The position numbers and the translations under genes were made by a program. The notes under the pieces were generated by a model. It was not told where the DNA came from. It saw nothing but the letters and a program-made list of their open reading frames with translations, and did no database searches. From positions 1,600,001 through 1,664,000 of the forward strand of contig OZ245817.1 in assembly GCA_965228475.1 (NCBI GenBank): DNA of 64,000 nt, written 5' to 3'. Positions 10,201-18,058 of this stretch are shown one piece after another. Source of the DNA: Myxococcota bacterium. Lineage in GTDB: Bacteria > Myxococcota_A > UBA9160 > JAFDDA01. Positions within the stretch are counted from its first letter, which is position 1. The number at the start of each line of letters is the position of its first letter.

Positions 10201-13200
10201 CGCGGTCGGCCGCATGCGCAGCGCGGGCGAGATCGAGCATGCCGCATCGCAGCGGGGCGAGGCGCCCGAGTTCACCGTGACCCTCGCCGGTGTCGGTACG
10301 GTTGGAGGCCGGCTCTTGTCGAGCGACGGCACGACCCCCGTCGAGGGCCGCGAGGTCCGCCTCGAGATGACGGGCGATTTCGTCCGGGACACCGCGACGG
10401 TCCTGAGCAGCGCCGACGGCAGCTTCGCCTTCGACGACGTGCCGGTCGGTGACTTCCGCCTGACGGCGACGGATGCGGCTCTCGCGGCGACGGCGAGCGG
10501 CACGATCGCGGTTCCGGGGGAGCATCGCGACCTCGACCTGGTGCTCTCCGCCAGCGGCAGCGTGGCCGGGCGCCTGCTGCGGGCCGACGGCAGCCCCGCG
10601 CCCGGTCAGGACGTGCTGCTCGCCTTCGTCCCGCCGTCCGGGCTGCTCGGCAGGGCGCTCGTCGAGACCGGCGCCGACGGCAGCTTCCAGTTCAACGAGG
10701 TTCCGGTCGGGCCGGTGTCCGTCGCCGTGGCGGCCCTCGGCTTCAGCGGCATCGTGAACCGCGACGCGGAGCTCGTGACCAACGGTGAGCTGCTCGACCT
10801 TGGCGACCTCACGCTCGACGAAGTCGAACCGGCCGTCGTCGACTCGGACCCGTTCCCCCAGGACGAAGACGTCCCGACCGACGTCCCGATCCGGATCACC
10901 TTCAGCGAGGCCCTCGCCCCGGAATCCGTCGACGAGAGCGGCATCTATCTCCGTTCCGTCGCCGGGGTCGTGCCCGCGGAAACGGTCCTGGTCGAGGACG
11001 ATGCGTCCGGCGAGCTGCGCCTCGTCGAGATCCGGCCCGATGCGGAGCTCGAGAGTGAGACGGCCTACGAAGCCGTGGTCCTCGCCGGGGAGTTGCGGGA
11101 TGCGCTCGGTGGCCTGATCGGCAGCGGGCCGCGGGACCTCGCCGGCCGTCCCCTGCGCGTTTCCGCGATCATTCCGTTCACGACCCGCGACTCCCGTCCG
11201 CCCGAGCGCCTCTCCTTCACCCCGGGCGCGGGCCAGATCCAGGTCGATCCGAGTGCGGTGATCCGGCTCTCCTACGACGAGCCGCTTCGCAGCGACGAGA
11301 TCGTCGTGACCCTGCGCGACGGCGGCGGTCAGGAGCTGCCGGGGCGTGTGGACGTCGGCGTCGGCCAGCAGGTGGTGGTCTTCACCCCGGACGCGTTCCT
11401 CGATCCGAACGCGCTCTACTCGGTGACGGTCGACGGCATCCGGGACCTCGCCGGAAACGCTGCCGTGGACCTGCCGCTCGAGCGGAGCTTCGCGACCCTC
11501 GACACGGTCGGGCCGACGATCTCCGAGCTGAGGGTCGTGGGCGGAGCCGCTCCGGTCGCCGGGGCGATCCTCCCGATCGAAGCGGTCCTGGCCCAGCCCG
11601 AGGCGGCGGCCTCGGTTCGCATGACCGCGGATCTCGTGGTCTTCGGGCAGAGCACGCCGGGCTCCCTCACGCTGCCCTACGAGGTCCCCGCCGACGGCCA
11701 GGTCACGATCCGGGGCATCGCCATCGATCGCTTCGGCAACGAGGGGCCGATCGGGCCCGAGCTCGTGCTCGACGTGGTTCCGAACCAGCCGCCCTCGGTG
11801 ATCTTCATGCCCGTCACGCCGCCCGGGGGCCCCGTCGCGACGGGCGAGACGCTCGAGGTCGAGGTGAGCGCGAGCGACGACGTCGGCGTCGTCGAGATCC
11901 GCGCCGCGGCCCAGGGAGCGTGCACGGCGCCGCTCGCGACGAGCGCCGGTGCGCCCATCCGGGTGACCTGCACGGTCGACCCGGAGGCCGGCCCGGAAGA
12001 TGCGATCGAGATCCTGGCCGAGGCGATCGACGGGGCCGGCGCTTCGAGCGGCGAGCAGGCCTTCGCGGTCGGGCTCGCCGACGGAACCGCGCCGACCGTC
12101 GCCATCGTGTCTCCGGGGGCGGACGAGGAGGTCGCCGCCGGGATGACGCTCTCCGTCGAGGTGGACGCCGCCGACCGCTTCGGCGTGACCGAGATCGTGC
12201 TCGAGGCGAGCGGTGCCCTCACCGAGCAGCAGACGATCACGCCGCCCGCGCCGGAGACCGAGGGCCGCTACGTCTTCGGCCTCGACGTCCCCGCCGAGCT
12301 CGACGCCGGCGAAGAGATCGTGCTCCTCGCGACCGCGCGGGATGCCGCCGGCTTCGAACGCTCGGCCGAGCTCCGCTTCCGCACGGCGGACCTCGTCGGC
12401 CCGACCCTCGTCGAGATCCTCCCGGTGCAGGACGCCCTCGATCGGTCCGCGGTGCCGGTGCTGCGCGCGCGCTTCGACGAGCCGATCGATCCGACCTCGC
12501 TCCCGATCGACGGCTTCGTCCTGGCGGAGGAGGGCGGACCGAATCTGGCGACCCACCTCGGGCTCGGCGACGACGGGCATACGCTCACCCTGCGGCCGCA
12601 GGCGCCGCTGGCCCTGGGCGGTCGCTACGAGTGGAACTTCGCCGGGGGCGTGACGGACCTCTCCGGGAACGTCCTCACGGCGACCGACGGCACGCCCTTC
12701 GTGGCGGTGGCGCAGGCCTTCACGGTCGGGACCGCGGACATCGTGGCGCCCGCGGACGGCACGGTGCTGATCGAGGGCGAGCCGCTCCAGCTCGCCGTCG
12801 ACGCAGCCCGCCTGCCGGGGACGCGACGCCTCACGTTCTTCGGGAACGCCGCCGAGCTCGGAAGCGACGAGTCCGAGCCCTTCGTGCTCGACGGCACCGT
12901 CCCGACCCAGGCCGACCTCGGCGGTGATACCTGGACCCTCGGCGCCGACGTGAACGGCGGCGACCTCGCAGCGGGCCGGCCGGTGAGCCTCGGCGGAGCG
13001 GGCGTTGCCTGGCGCGAGGTCGACCTCGGTGCGGTGGCCGGGCTCGAAGGCGTGGAGGTCGACCTCTCCGCCGACGCGGCCTTCGCGCTCCTCCTGGCCG
13101 AAGCGCCCTTCGACGAGAGCGACTTCGCCGGGAGCGGGCTGCCCGCCGGCTTCCGCAACGGTGCGATCGAGATCCATCGCAGCGTGGCGCCCGAGAACGG

Positions 13201-16189
13201 AACGGTCTCGATCGCAGGTCCCTTCTCGGGCCGGTACCTGAGGCTCGCGGCGCTCACGCAGGGCGCGCCCCTGCCGGTCGCGGACCTTCGCGCTGCGGGA
13301 GCCCCGATCGCGCTCCCGGACGTGACCGTTCGCGTGCTCGACGCCCTCGGCGACGCGGACGGCGACGGCATCCCGAACGGGGTGGAGGTCGCGAACGGCC
13401 TGAACCCCCTCGTCGACGATGCCGCGGACGATCCCGATGGCGACGGTCTCGGCAACGCCGAAGAGGTGGGTCTCGGGACGGATCCCTTCGCCAGCGACAC
13501 CGATGGCGATGGCCTGCTCGACGGCGAAGAAGCGAACACCACGGGAACGGACCCCCTCGATCCGGACAGCGACGGCGACGGCATCGAAGACGGGCAGGAC
13601 CTGGCGACCGGACCGCGCCTGATCGAGCTCGCACCCGCCGACGGCGCGACGAACGTCTCCGTGCGACCGATCGTCCGCGCCCGCTTCGACGAGCCGATCG
13701 ACGAGACCACCGTCGACGCGAGCCGATTCCAGCTCCTCGACCCGGCCGACGCCCCCGTTCCCGCCACGGTGGCGCTCACCGAGGGCGGCCGGGTGCTCAC
13801 GCTGACGCCCGACGGTCCGCTCGCCTTCGAGGCCGCCTACACGGTGGTGCTCTCGGAGGAGCTCGCGGCCGACGACGGCAACGGCATCACGGCCGCCGAC
13901 GGCAGCGCGATCGCGCCGGCCCGGTTCACCACGGGCAGCTTCGGCCTGACGAACCCTGCCGATGGGGCCCGCCTGCTCGAGGGCGACGTCATCGAGCTGG
14001 CGGCCAGCGGCAGCGCCGCCCTCGGCATCGCCCAGGTCGATTTCGAGGTGAACGGTGCGCTCGCGGCCGAGGACACCGAGGAGCCCTTCGCGACGCCCTA
14101 TGCCGTCCCCGCGGCAACGGATGCGCCGGCGCTCGAGATCGTCGCCATCGCGCGGGACGCGGAGGGCGTCGAGATCCAGCGCGACACGGTGAACGTCGAG
14201 GTCATCGTCGGCCTGCGCTCGGGCGTCCGCCTGCTCGGCGTGCCGCTCGGCGGAACGGCCGCATGGCGTCTCGAGCTGCCGGTCCCGCGCCTCGACGACC
14301 TCCCGGTGACCTTCGAGGTCGTCGACGAGACGATCGCCTCGGCGCCGGCCGCCGCGGTGCTGCCCGCGGGCGAGACGGTCCTGGCGCTTCCGATCACCGG
14401 TCTCACCGAAGGCGCGACCCTCGTCATCGCACGAACGGAGCAGGACGAGGTGGTGCTGACGGCCTCCGTGAGCCAACCGCTCTCCGGTCAGACGCTCGAT
14501 GCCGTCGCCGTGTCGATCGGCGCGGTCGTCCGGCCCTTCCCGAGCGCCGGGGTGGTGGTCGTGCCGGCCTCCTCCTCTGCGACGGTGAGCGTCCAGCTGC
14601 TCGAAGCGCCCGCGCCCGCGGCGACGCCGGTCACGGTCGAGAGCCTCGATCCGGCGATCGCCGACGCCGTCGTCGGGGTCACCGTGCCGGCGGGCGAGAC
14701 CCAGGCGGAGGTCACCGTCCTCTCCGGCATCGAAGGGGAGACGAAGCTGAACCTGCGCGCCGGGAACGAGGGCCGGGAGCTCCGCGTCGTCGTCGGCGCC
14801 GTCGCGCCGGACCGGACGACGCCGGTGGTCGCCCGCCCTGTCGGCGCGGCCGTCCGCAACTTCCCCTTCGCCGGGCAGGTCGTCGTCCCGGCCGGCGGCG
14901 AGAGCACGATCACCGTGCAGGCGCTCTCCGGGCCCGCGGGCACCGAGACGCCGGTCTCCGTCACGAGCAGTGCTCCGGGCGTCGCAGAGGTCTCCGGCAC
15001 GCCCGTGGTCGGCGTCGGCGAGACCGACGTGGCGTTGACGATCGTGCCGGGCGCCGAGGGCCAGGCGATTCTCACCATCGTGGCCGGCGGCGAGGGCCGC
15101 GAAGTGCGCGTGATCGTCGGCGAGCCCGCGGCGGACCGCGTGATCCCCGTCGTCGCGCGGCCCGTCGGTGCGGCGGTCCGAAACTTCCCCTCGGCGGGCC
15201 AGGTCGTGGCCGATCCGGAGACCGTGCAGACGGTCACGATCGACCTGCTCGACGCGCCCGCCGTCGGAGCCACCCCGGCAAACGTGAGAAGCACCGACCC
15301 GGCAGTCGCGCAGGTCACGACGCCGGTGATCGTGCCCGACGGCGCGACGTCCGCGACGCTCGTGATCGAGGTCGGCGTCGAAGGCGACGCGATCCTGAGC
15401 GTCACCGCGGCCGGCTCCGGCCGCGAGGTCCGCGTGGTGTCTGGCCCGCTCGCCCCGAACCGGACGGCGCCCGTCGTCGCCCGGCCGGTCGGCGCCGCGG
15501 TGCGCAGCCTGCCTTCGGCCGGGAACGTGATCCTCCCGGAGGCCGCGACCCGGACCGTGCGCGTGGAGCTTCTGGGTTCGGGGGCGTCGGAGCCGATCCC
15601 CGTCGTCATCACGAGCGGCGACGCAGGCGTCGCGACGGTCCTCGGCGCGCCCACGATCGGAGCCGGCGAGACCGGCGTGGACCTCGAGATCGCCGCGGGC
15701 GCCGCGGGCCGCACGGCCTTCACCCTCGTTGCGGGCACGGTCGCCCGCGAACTCAGCGTCGTGGTCGGGGATGCGTCGTCGTCGACGACGCCCCCGGTCG
15801 TGGCCCGGCCGGTCGGTGCGGTGGTGCGCGAGGACGGCGGGCTCGGAGCGCTATATCTCGAGCCCGGCGGATCGCGCCTCACCACGCTCACCGTCCTCCC
15901 GTTCCCGTCCCTCGCGGATCTCCCGGTCACGGCGAGCAGCGACGATCCCGGCGTCGCCGGCCTGAGCCCCTCGAGCCAGACGCTCTTCACCGGAACCCGA
16001 ACGATCACGCTGAACATCACCGCCGGCGGAACGCCGGGGGCGACCCGGATCCTCGTGGACGTCCCGGGCCGCCCGCAGGAGAGCCTGCGCGTCTTCGTCG
16101 GCGAGGTGCCGACAGCAGAAGTCCCCACGACCGTGGCGCCGCCCGTCGGCGTCGAGGTCGAAACCCCCGTCGATGAGGGGCCGTTTTGA
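4262..16189 (+). CDS. Giant (3975 aa) secreted multi-domain Ig-like protein: carboxypeptidase-regulatory-like repeats, Big_5-like Ig domains, TSP3-like Ca-binding repeats, 108-aa C-terminal repeats
   Basis: Sec signal MSRLCTLLGVALALFANAASA|Q. 13 GxVxGxVxxxxG...TDxxGxFxFxxVPxG repeats. F[SD]E[PA][IL]D motifs. DxDGDG repeats at 13352-13600. ATG overlaps the RHS stop (ATGAGTAG). Confidence 0.9.
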   Translation: MSRLCTLLGVALALFANAASAQVVRPLAVLEMRVQGVGAIVSPETLAVPKGIAGSIRVDVIAGDSSGAAATSTLPDTAIVEATLRGPSFPARRILGLPGEPILLPALPLVGDYRLDGIRILDEATGEVLVEGNPASIPIQVFEEVLVSRVTSRPLTLDEIRGKGIVIDDSNFRAVEFEVGFVVDGQTFPVKFPVVAPRFAQSTEIIPTAEVEAALVEAERINRELGIDASLPPELEASGLNIEVQGINVQLVDPGGEVDLELQVPPIPALVVIPGNIGYLNQFFSVQLYTENASPLGSGLSVHGLEAQLDLPPGPDRIAAAPELSCRDAGDDPLRFARVGEAAAIEPVQPVVTPGFDGVLGTPDDGTRLQPGDTGQAEFLVEGCREGLHVMDISLRGRLDGLVAGTVDIEGRASGSVLVRNPNFSLAFTHPRTIRTGEPYTASVTLLNTSFTAANLVSVTLPEASISGAEFADPEFDGTIELGTILPGETATAEFELLAQRTGSITFSQLTSDSDVTGRFRLKMGVDERGVALSPDAVGFPEFAGEVEERLPDLFAAANRVLGQALSVASAPQRPAGVLALGKSVVRQRVLEVAEAGQRLRYGDSVERVLLDWALDWQGARRASPGFDQILRETDAGRLYREALAAALEAATGQGAAAALLDRAADLAGRGETWTFVGAPAGIDPVRLEGEERATLGESALERVVGYRGALGGWVAGPASAAALHRFEVTSDVGSQTIWRLDLLGDGSGVLREWSAPGALAGDCFVHEGGDALSVDAGCDGSLEETLTASATPVVEAGPEVLAAIQDITVNTGRPRRTCDGPTEYRNYGTVVAVLFSKAMAQAGIDAPGAFRLDNGVEATSVQIQPGGRVALLQLASAVGTLRERQLGVDGIVDPRGNPLEAASVPVQATADLGVSIVGRVALANGEPAPGVPVTLTMYDSQSTSFECIPFVSRVSQVESDEEGRFSFDFVLAGLPYSLSATNTVGLSGAAVELILESAQGDAFTREKLQELASLPENRDTLLEAFAIGAIPEAIALAEGLDRALLRDRIAAGSPRVGTEVPVALRFRGRGSVAGVVLDAAGFPVADVAVNLFPDVGSRELGRGVFSDDQGQFAFFGVPLGAYSIEAVAPDGTSRRVSGRVDRADEADEIEIVLSAEVIATTGLSGRVLDPDAMTGHGGARVFVGRFEGGAFGNVVAAATADSEGFWSVDGVPVGGWDVVAVSFDGRTKATRMGVAASEGVTSRVSLVLQGRATVVGRVEFANGQSVPGAMVAGGEGIVTTDENGAFRLEGVPTGQSSISAGLAKDPAAGIDFTRLGSATVDVVPGQENFAVIRLEPRGRIQGRVFDAAGNLLTGVNVAIPFPGGGGFYWTEVDEEGRYAFDNLPLGEWVVSAPAPPVADKDVGDILSVIASPDSTQGEILAAIGDAFAIFTGANDPLLNGEGLEFNPLSWGFQNVSLAADGETVERDVRFFRNGTIAGTVLNGQDVPIGARVRLTGIGPSPAGAPTMVIRGERNSDAALGTFEFPGQALAGDWGIQVASPFFPDPIATSGRTNDASPDALGLTLQFPPESEVNGRLAGVVLGPDGLPVGEDVLVRISFGDLEIRTNPEGRFDTQLDLPAVDDRGRRRSYQVEAEDGAGLRGRTIAAMSPGITTEVEVRLLARGGVALTVFDASGNRVEGASVEIRGGGFPYEHFPGLPTNAAGEVSLGNLTEGPYAAEARIASGPTTICGRVGFTVVAGETVTATVVLRPTGTVAGLFVEEDGETPIPFAQIDVQGLGFAATDVAGAFEIEGIPLGNYRIVAQDPVNGRLAIGEASVGFEGERVEVLLRVRRLAEVHGAVISGFGDALVPGATVTLGVLDGITPSRSVTTDPGGFFVFPGVPSGPFSLSATDPVRPGVAAGVAAVMPDDVDEFRVDLALSALVNVSGTVYRSDGFTPATEATVTLTGNSFSQSADTDALGRVRFTGLRAGRLDVRARSNAVGRMRSAGEIEHAASQRGEAPEFTVTLAGVGTVGGRLLSSDGTTPVEGREVRLEMTGDFVRDTATVLSSADGSFAFDDVPVGDFRLTATDAALAATASGTIAVPGEHRDLDLVLSASGSVAGRLLRADGSPAPGQDVLLAFVPPSGLLGRALVETGADGSFQFNEVPVGPVSVAVAALGFSGIVNRDAELVTNGELLDLGDLTLDEVEPAVVDSDPFPQDEDVPTDVPIRITFSEALAPESVDESGIYLRSVAGVVPAETVLVEDDASGELRLVEIRPDAELESETAYEAVVLAGELRDALGGLIGSGPRDLAGRPLRVSAIIPFTTRDSRPPERLSFTPGAGQIQVDPSAVIRLSYDEPLRSDEIVVTLRDGGGQELPGRVDVGVGQQVVVFTPDAFLDPNALYSVTVDGIRDLAGNAAVDLPLERSFATLDTVGPTISELRVVGGAAPVAGAILPIEAVLAQPEAAASVRMTADLVVFGQSTPGSLTLPYEVPADGQVTIRGIAIDRFGNEGPIGPELVLDVVPNQPPSVIFMPVTPPGGPVATGETLEVEVSASDDVGVVEIRAAAQGACTAPLATSAGAPIRVTCTVDPEAGPEDAIEILAEAIDGAGASSGEQAFAVGLADGTAPTVAIVSPGADEEVAAGMTLSVEVDAADRFGVTEIVLEASGALTEQQTITPPAPETEGRYVFGLDVPAELDAGEEIVLLATARDAAGFERSAELRFRTADLVGPTLVEILPVQDALDRSAVPVLRARFDEPIDPTSLPIDGFVLAEEGGPNLATHLGLGDDGHTLTLRPQAPLALGGRYEWNFAGGVTDLSGNVLTATDGTPFVAVAQAFTVGTADIVAPADGTVLIEGEPLQLAVDAARLPGTRRLTFFGNAAELGSDESEPFVLDGTVPTQADLGGDTWTLGADVNGGDLAAGRPVSLGGAGVAWREVDLGAVAGLEGVEVDLSADAAFALLLAEAPFDESDFAGSGLPAGFRNGAIEIHRSVAPENGTVSIAGPFSGRYLRLAALTQGAPLPVADLRAAGAPIALPDVTVRVLDALGDADGDGIPNGVEVANGLNPLVDDAADDPDGDGLGNAEEVGLGTDPFASDTDGDGLLDGEEANTTGTDPLDPDSDGDGIEDGQDLATGPRLIELAPADGATNVSVRPIVRARFDEPIDETTVDASRFQLLDPADAPVPATVALTEGGRVLTLTPDGPLAFEAAYTVVLSEELAADDGNGITAADGSAIAPARFTTGSFGLTNPADGARLLEGDVIELAASGSAALGIAQVDFEVNGALAAEDTEEPFATPYAVPAATDAPALEIVAIARDAEGVEIQRDTVNVEVIVGLRSGVRLLGVPLGGTAAWRLELPVPRLDDLPVTFEVVDETIASAPAAAVLPAGETVLALPITGLTEGATLVIARTEQDEVVLTASVSQPLSGQTLDAVAVSIGAVVRPFPSAGVVVVPASSSATVSVQLLEAPAPAATPVTVESLDPAIADAVVGVTVPAGETQAEVTVLSGIEGETKLNLRAGNEGRELRVVVGAVAPDRTTPVVARPVGAAVRNFPFAGQVVVPAGGESTITVQALSGPAGTETPVSVTSSAPGVAEVSGTPVVGVGETDVALTIVPGAEGQAILTIVAGGEGREVRVIVGEPAADRVIPVVARPVGAAVRNFPSAGQVVADPETVQTVTIDLLDAPAVGATPANVRSTDPAVAQVTTPVIVPDGATSATLVIEVGVEGDAILSVTAAGSGREVRVVSGPLAPNRTAPVVARPVGAAVRSLPSAGNVILPEAATRTVRVELLGSGASEPIPVVITSGDAGVATVLGAPTIGAGETGVDLEIAAGAAGRTAFTLVAGTVARELSVVVGDASSSTTPPVVARPVGAVVREDGGLGALYLEPGGSRLTTLTVLPFPSLADLPVTASSDDPGVAGLSPSSQTLFTGTRTITLNITAGGTPGATRILVDVPGRPQESLRVFVGEVPTAEVPTTVAPPVGVEVETPVDEGPF
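13352..13600 (+). repeat. Thrombospondin type-3-like DxDGDG Ca-binding repeats (4 units) in the giant protein
   Basis: DADGDGIPNGVE, DPDGDGLGNAEE, DTDGDGLLDGEE, DSDGDGIEDGQD, linked by G[LT][ND]P motifs. Confidence 0.85.
14210..16186 (+). repeat. Tandem ~108-aa (324-nt) protein repeats, about 6 units
   Basis: PVVARPVGAAVR-like motif at 14498, 14822, 15146, 15470 and 15794 (exact 324-nt spacing), and again at 16124. Confidence 0.9.
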
Positions 16190-16206
16190 GTTGGAAGGAG
16201 TCGAAC

Positions 16207-17514
16207 ATGGAACGACGAAACACGCTGACAAGAAGGAGCACGTGGCTCACCGGGTTCGTCCTGGCGGGGCTCGCCCTGGCTCTTGCGCCGAGTGCGCAGG
16301 CCCAGAGCTTCGACATCTGCGGCTGTGAGGGAAGTCCGGACTCGCTCGGAGACTTCGTGTCGGGCGACCCGGAGACCTGGCCCGAGGGGACTCAATACTC
16401 GAGCGGCAGCTCCTTCATCGGGCTGCCGCCGACCGAGGACGGCGTGCACGTCTTCGACAACGTCACGATCTCCAACTTGCCGAGCGGCCGCCAGGCCTAC
16501 CTGTACTTCCAGCGCAACGGAAAGAACTCGCCGGCGACCCTGCTCGTCAGCGGGAATCTGGTCATCGGTAGTGGGGACCAGATCAACGTCGACGGCGGGC
16601 CTGGAACGAGCGGGAACGGTTCGGTCGCGGGCCTGGGCGGGAACGGCAGCCCCGGAGGCTTCGCAGGCGGCGACGCGGCCTTCCCGGCTTCGAACCTCGA
16701 GACCGACGGCGGGGCCGGGGTCGGACCCGGCGGAGGCCTGGGCTCCGTGGGCTACGCCGCGGGGGGTGGCGGAGTCTTCGTCGGCACGCCGGAGCTTCGC
16801 CCGCTGCTCGGGGGATCGGGCGGCGGCGGCGGCGGCGCGACTGCGGGCTGCAGCTCCGGCGCGGGAGGCGGCGGCGGCGGTGGCGGCGCCGTCTTGATCG
16901 CCGTCAACGGAACCGTGACCGTCACCGGATCCATCGAGGCGGACGGCGGGAACGGCGGCAGCACCAGCAACGGCAACTGTGCGACCGGCGGCGCGGGCGG
17001 CAGCGGCGGCGCGATCCGGATCCTCGCGAACCAGGTCGTCGGCAACGGCGGGATCTTCGCTCGAGGTGGTGCGGCCGGCTACTTGAGCAATGGCGGGTCC
17101 CCCGGTGTCATTCGCATGGAGGTGATCTCCAACAGCTACGGCACGAACACGGATCCGGTGGCGCTCCGCCTGGCCGCGCCGGGGCCGCTGGCCAATCCCA
17201 TCACGCCGATGGTTGCCATCACGGCCATCGACGGGGCTGCGACGCCCGCCGAGCCGATCGGCTACCTCGGCGACATGGACATGATCGTCTCCGCCCCCGG
17301 CTCGATCCAGATGGACCTCGAGACGAGCGCGGTGCCGAGCGGAACGGACGTCGAGGTCACGGTGAAGCCGAAGCTCGGCGATCCGCCGATCGTCGAGCGG
17401 GTGACCCTCGAGGCCGCCAACTGCAGCGCGGGCGTCTGCACCGCCGCCGTGAACGTCGACCTCGACCCGGGCGCCTACATCGTGGAGGCCCGCGCCACGT
17501 TCGAGACGCCCTAG
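16207..17514 (+). CDS. Secreted glycine-rich protein (polyglycine GGxGG repeats) with C-terminal beta-sandwich-like region
   Basis: ATG 16207 follows SD AAGGAG (16195-16200). Signal peptide ends in AQA|QS. GGSGGGGGG, GAGGGGGGGGAVLI and GGAGGSGGAIRI motifs. Several Cys. Confidence 0.85.
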   Translation: MERRNTLTRRSTWLTGFVLAGLALALAPSAQAQSFDICGCEGSPDSLGDFVSGDPETWPEGTQYSSGSSFIGLPPTEDGVHVFDNVTISNLPSGRQAYLYFQRNGKNSPATLLVSGNLVIGSGDQINVDGGPGTSGNGSVAGLGGNGSPGGFAGGDAAFPASNLETDGGAGVGPGGGLGSVGYAAGGGGVFVGTPELRPLLGGSGGGGGGATAGCSSGAGGGGGGGGAVLIAVNGTVTVTGSIEADGGNGGSTSNGNCATGGAGGSGGAIRILANQVVGNGGIFARGGAAGYLSNGGSPGVIRMEVISNSYGTNTDPVALRLAAPGPLANPITPMVAITAIDGAATPAEPIGYLGDMDMIVSAPGSIQMDLETSAVPSGTDVEVTVKPKLGDPPIVERVTLEAANCSAGVCTAAVNVDLDPGAYIVEARATFETP

Positions 17515-17554
17515 GCCGACGCGAGCAGGCGCGAGCACCCCGAGCCCGCTCGCG

Positions 17555-17583
17555 TTGACGGCGCTCGGGGGGCGAGTTACCCA
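17555..17583 (+). promoter_or_regulatory. Possible sigma70-type promoter for tRNA-Cys
   Basis: TTGACG-N17-TACCCA about 10 nt upstream of the tRNA. The -10 match is weak. Confidence 0.35.
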
Positions 17584-17593
17584 CTCGTCCTCC

Positions 17594-17667
17594 GGCGCCG
17601 TGGCCAAGTGGTAAGGCAGAGGACTGCAAATCCTTTATCCCCGGTTCGAATCCGGGCGGCGCCTCCA
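17594..17667 (+). tRNA. tRNA-Cys (GCA)
   Basis: GGCGCCG acceptor stem, anticodon loop CTGCAAA, GGTTCGAATCC T-arm, encoded CCA. Confidence 0.97.
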
Positions 17668-17695
17668 GCCTCTCTTCCCTCCGACCCATCCGTCC

Positions 17696-18058
17696 CTAGA
17701 TCTGGATGCGGTAGCCGTCCGGATCGGCCACGAACGCGGTCGGGAGCCCTCCCGCCAGCGTGTCGCGCTCCAGCAATCGCCCGCCGGCCGCCTCGACCTC
17801 CTTGATCGCGCTCTCGAGGTCCGCCGCGTCTTCGAGCGGGAAGCCGAAGTGGTCGATGCCTCCCTGATGGCCGACGCGCTCGCTGTGCTCTTCCTTGAGG
17901 GTGACGACCTCGGCCGTTCCCGGCGTCTGGAGGAAGGCCATCTGGCGTTCTTCGTGGCGCAGGATGACGCGCAGACCGAACGCGCTCTCGTAGAACGCGA
18001 TCGAGCGTTCGAGGTCCGCCACGACGAGGTGGATGTGGATCATTCCCTTGTGTCTCAT
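17696..18058 (-). CDS. VOC/glyoxalase family protein
   Basis: MRHKGMIHIHLVVADLERSIAFY...IDHFGF...FVADPDGYRIQI. Its start overlaps the MFS stop (ATGA). Confidence 0.9.
   Translation of the reverse strand: MRHKGMIHIHLVVADLERSIAFYESAFGLRVILRHEERQMAFLQTPGTAEVVTLKEEHSERVGHQGGIDHFGFPLEDAADLESAIKEVEAAGGRLLERDTLAGGLPTAFVADPDGYRIQI

Noticed and set aside
4097..17607. Very long antisense and alternate-frame ORFs (1231, 1787 and 1039 aa) over the giant gene
   Set aside because: Shadow ORFs expected from high GC3 codon bias and few stop codons. They have no domain motifs, starts or SD support.
1..17667. Genomic island integrated at tRNA-Cys carrying the RHS operon
   Set aside because: The operon lies 5' of the tRNA. 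No integrase, att repeat or evident GC shift is visible in the window.
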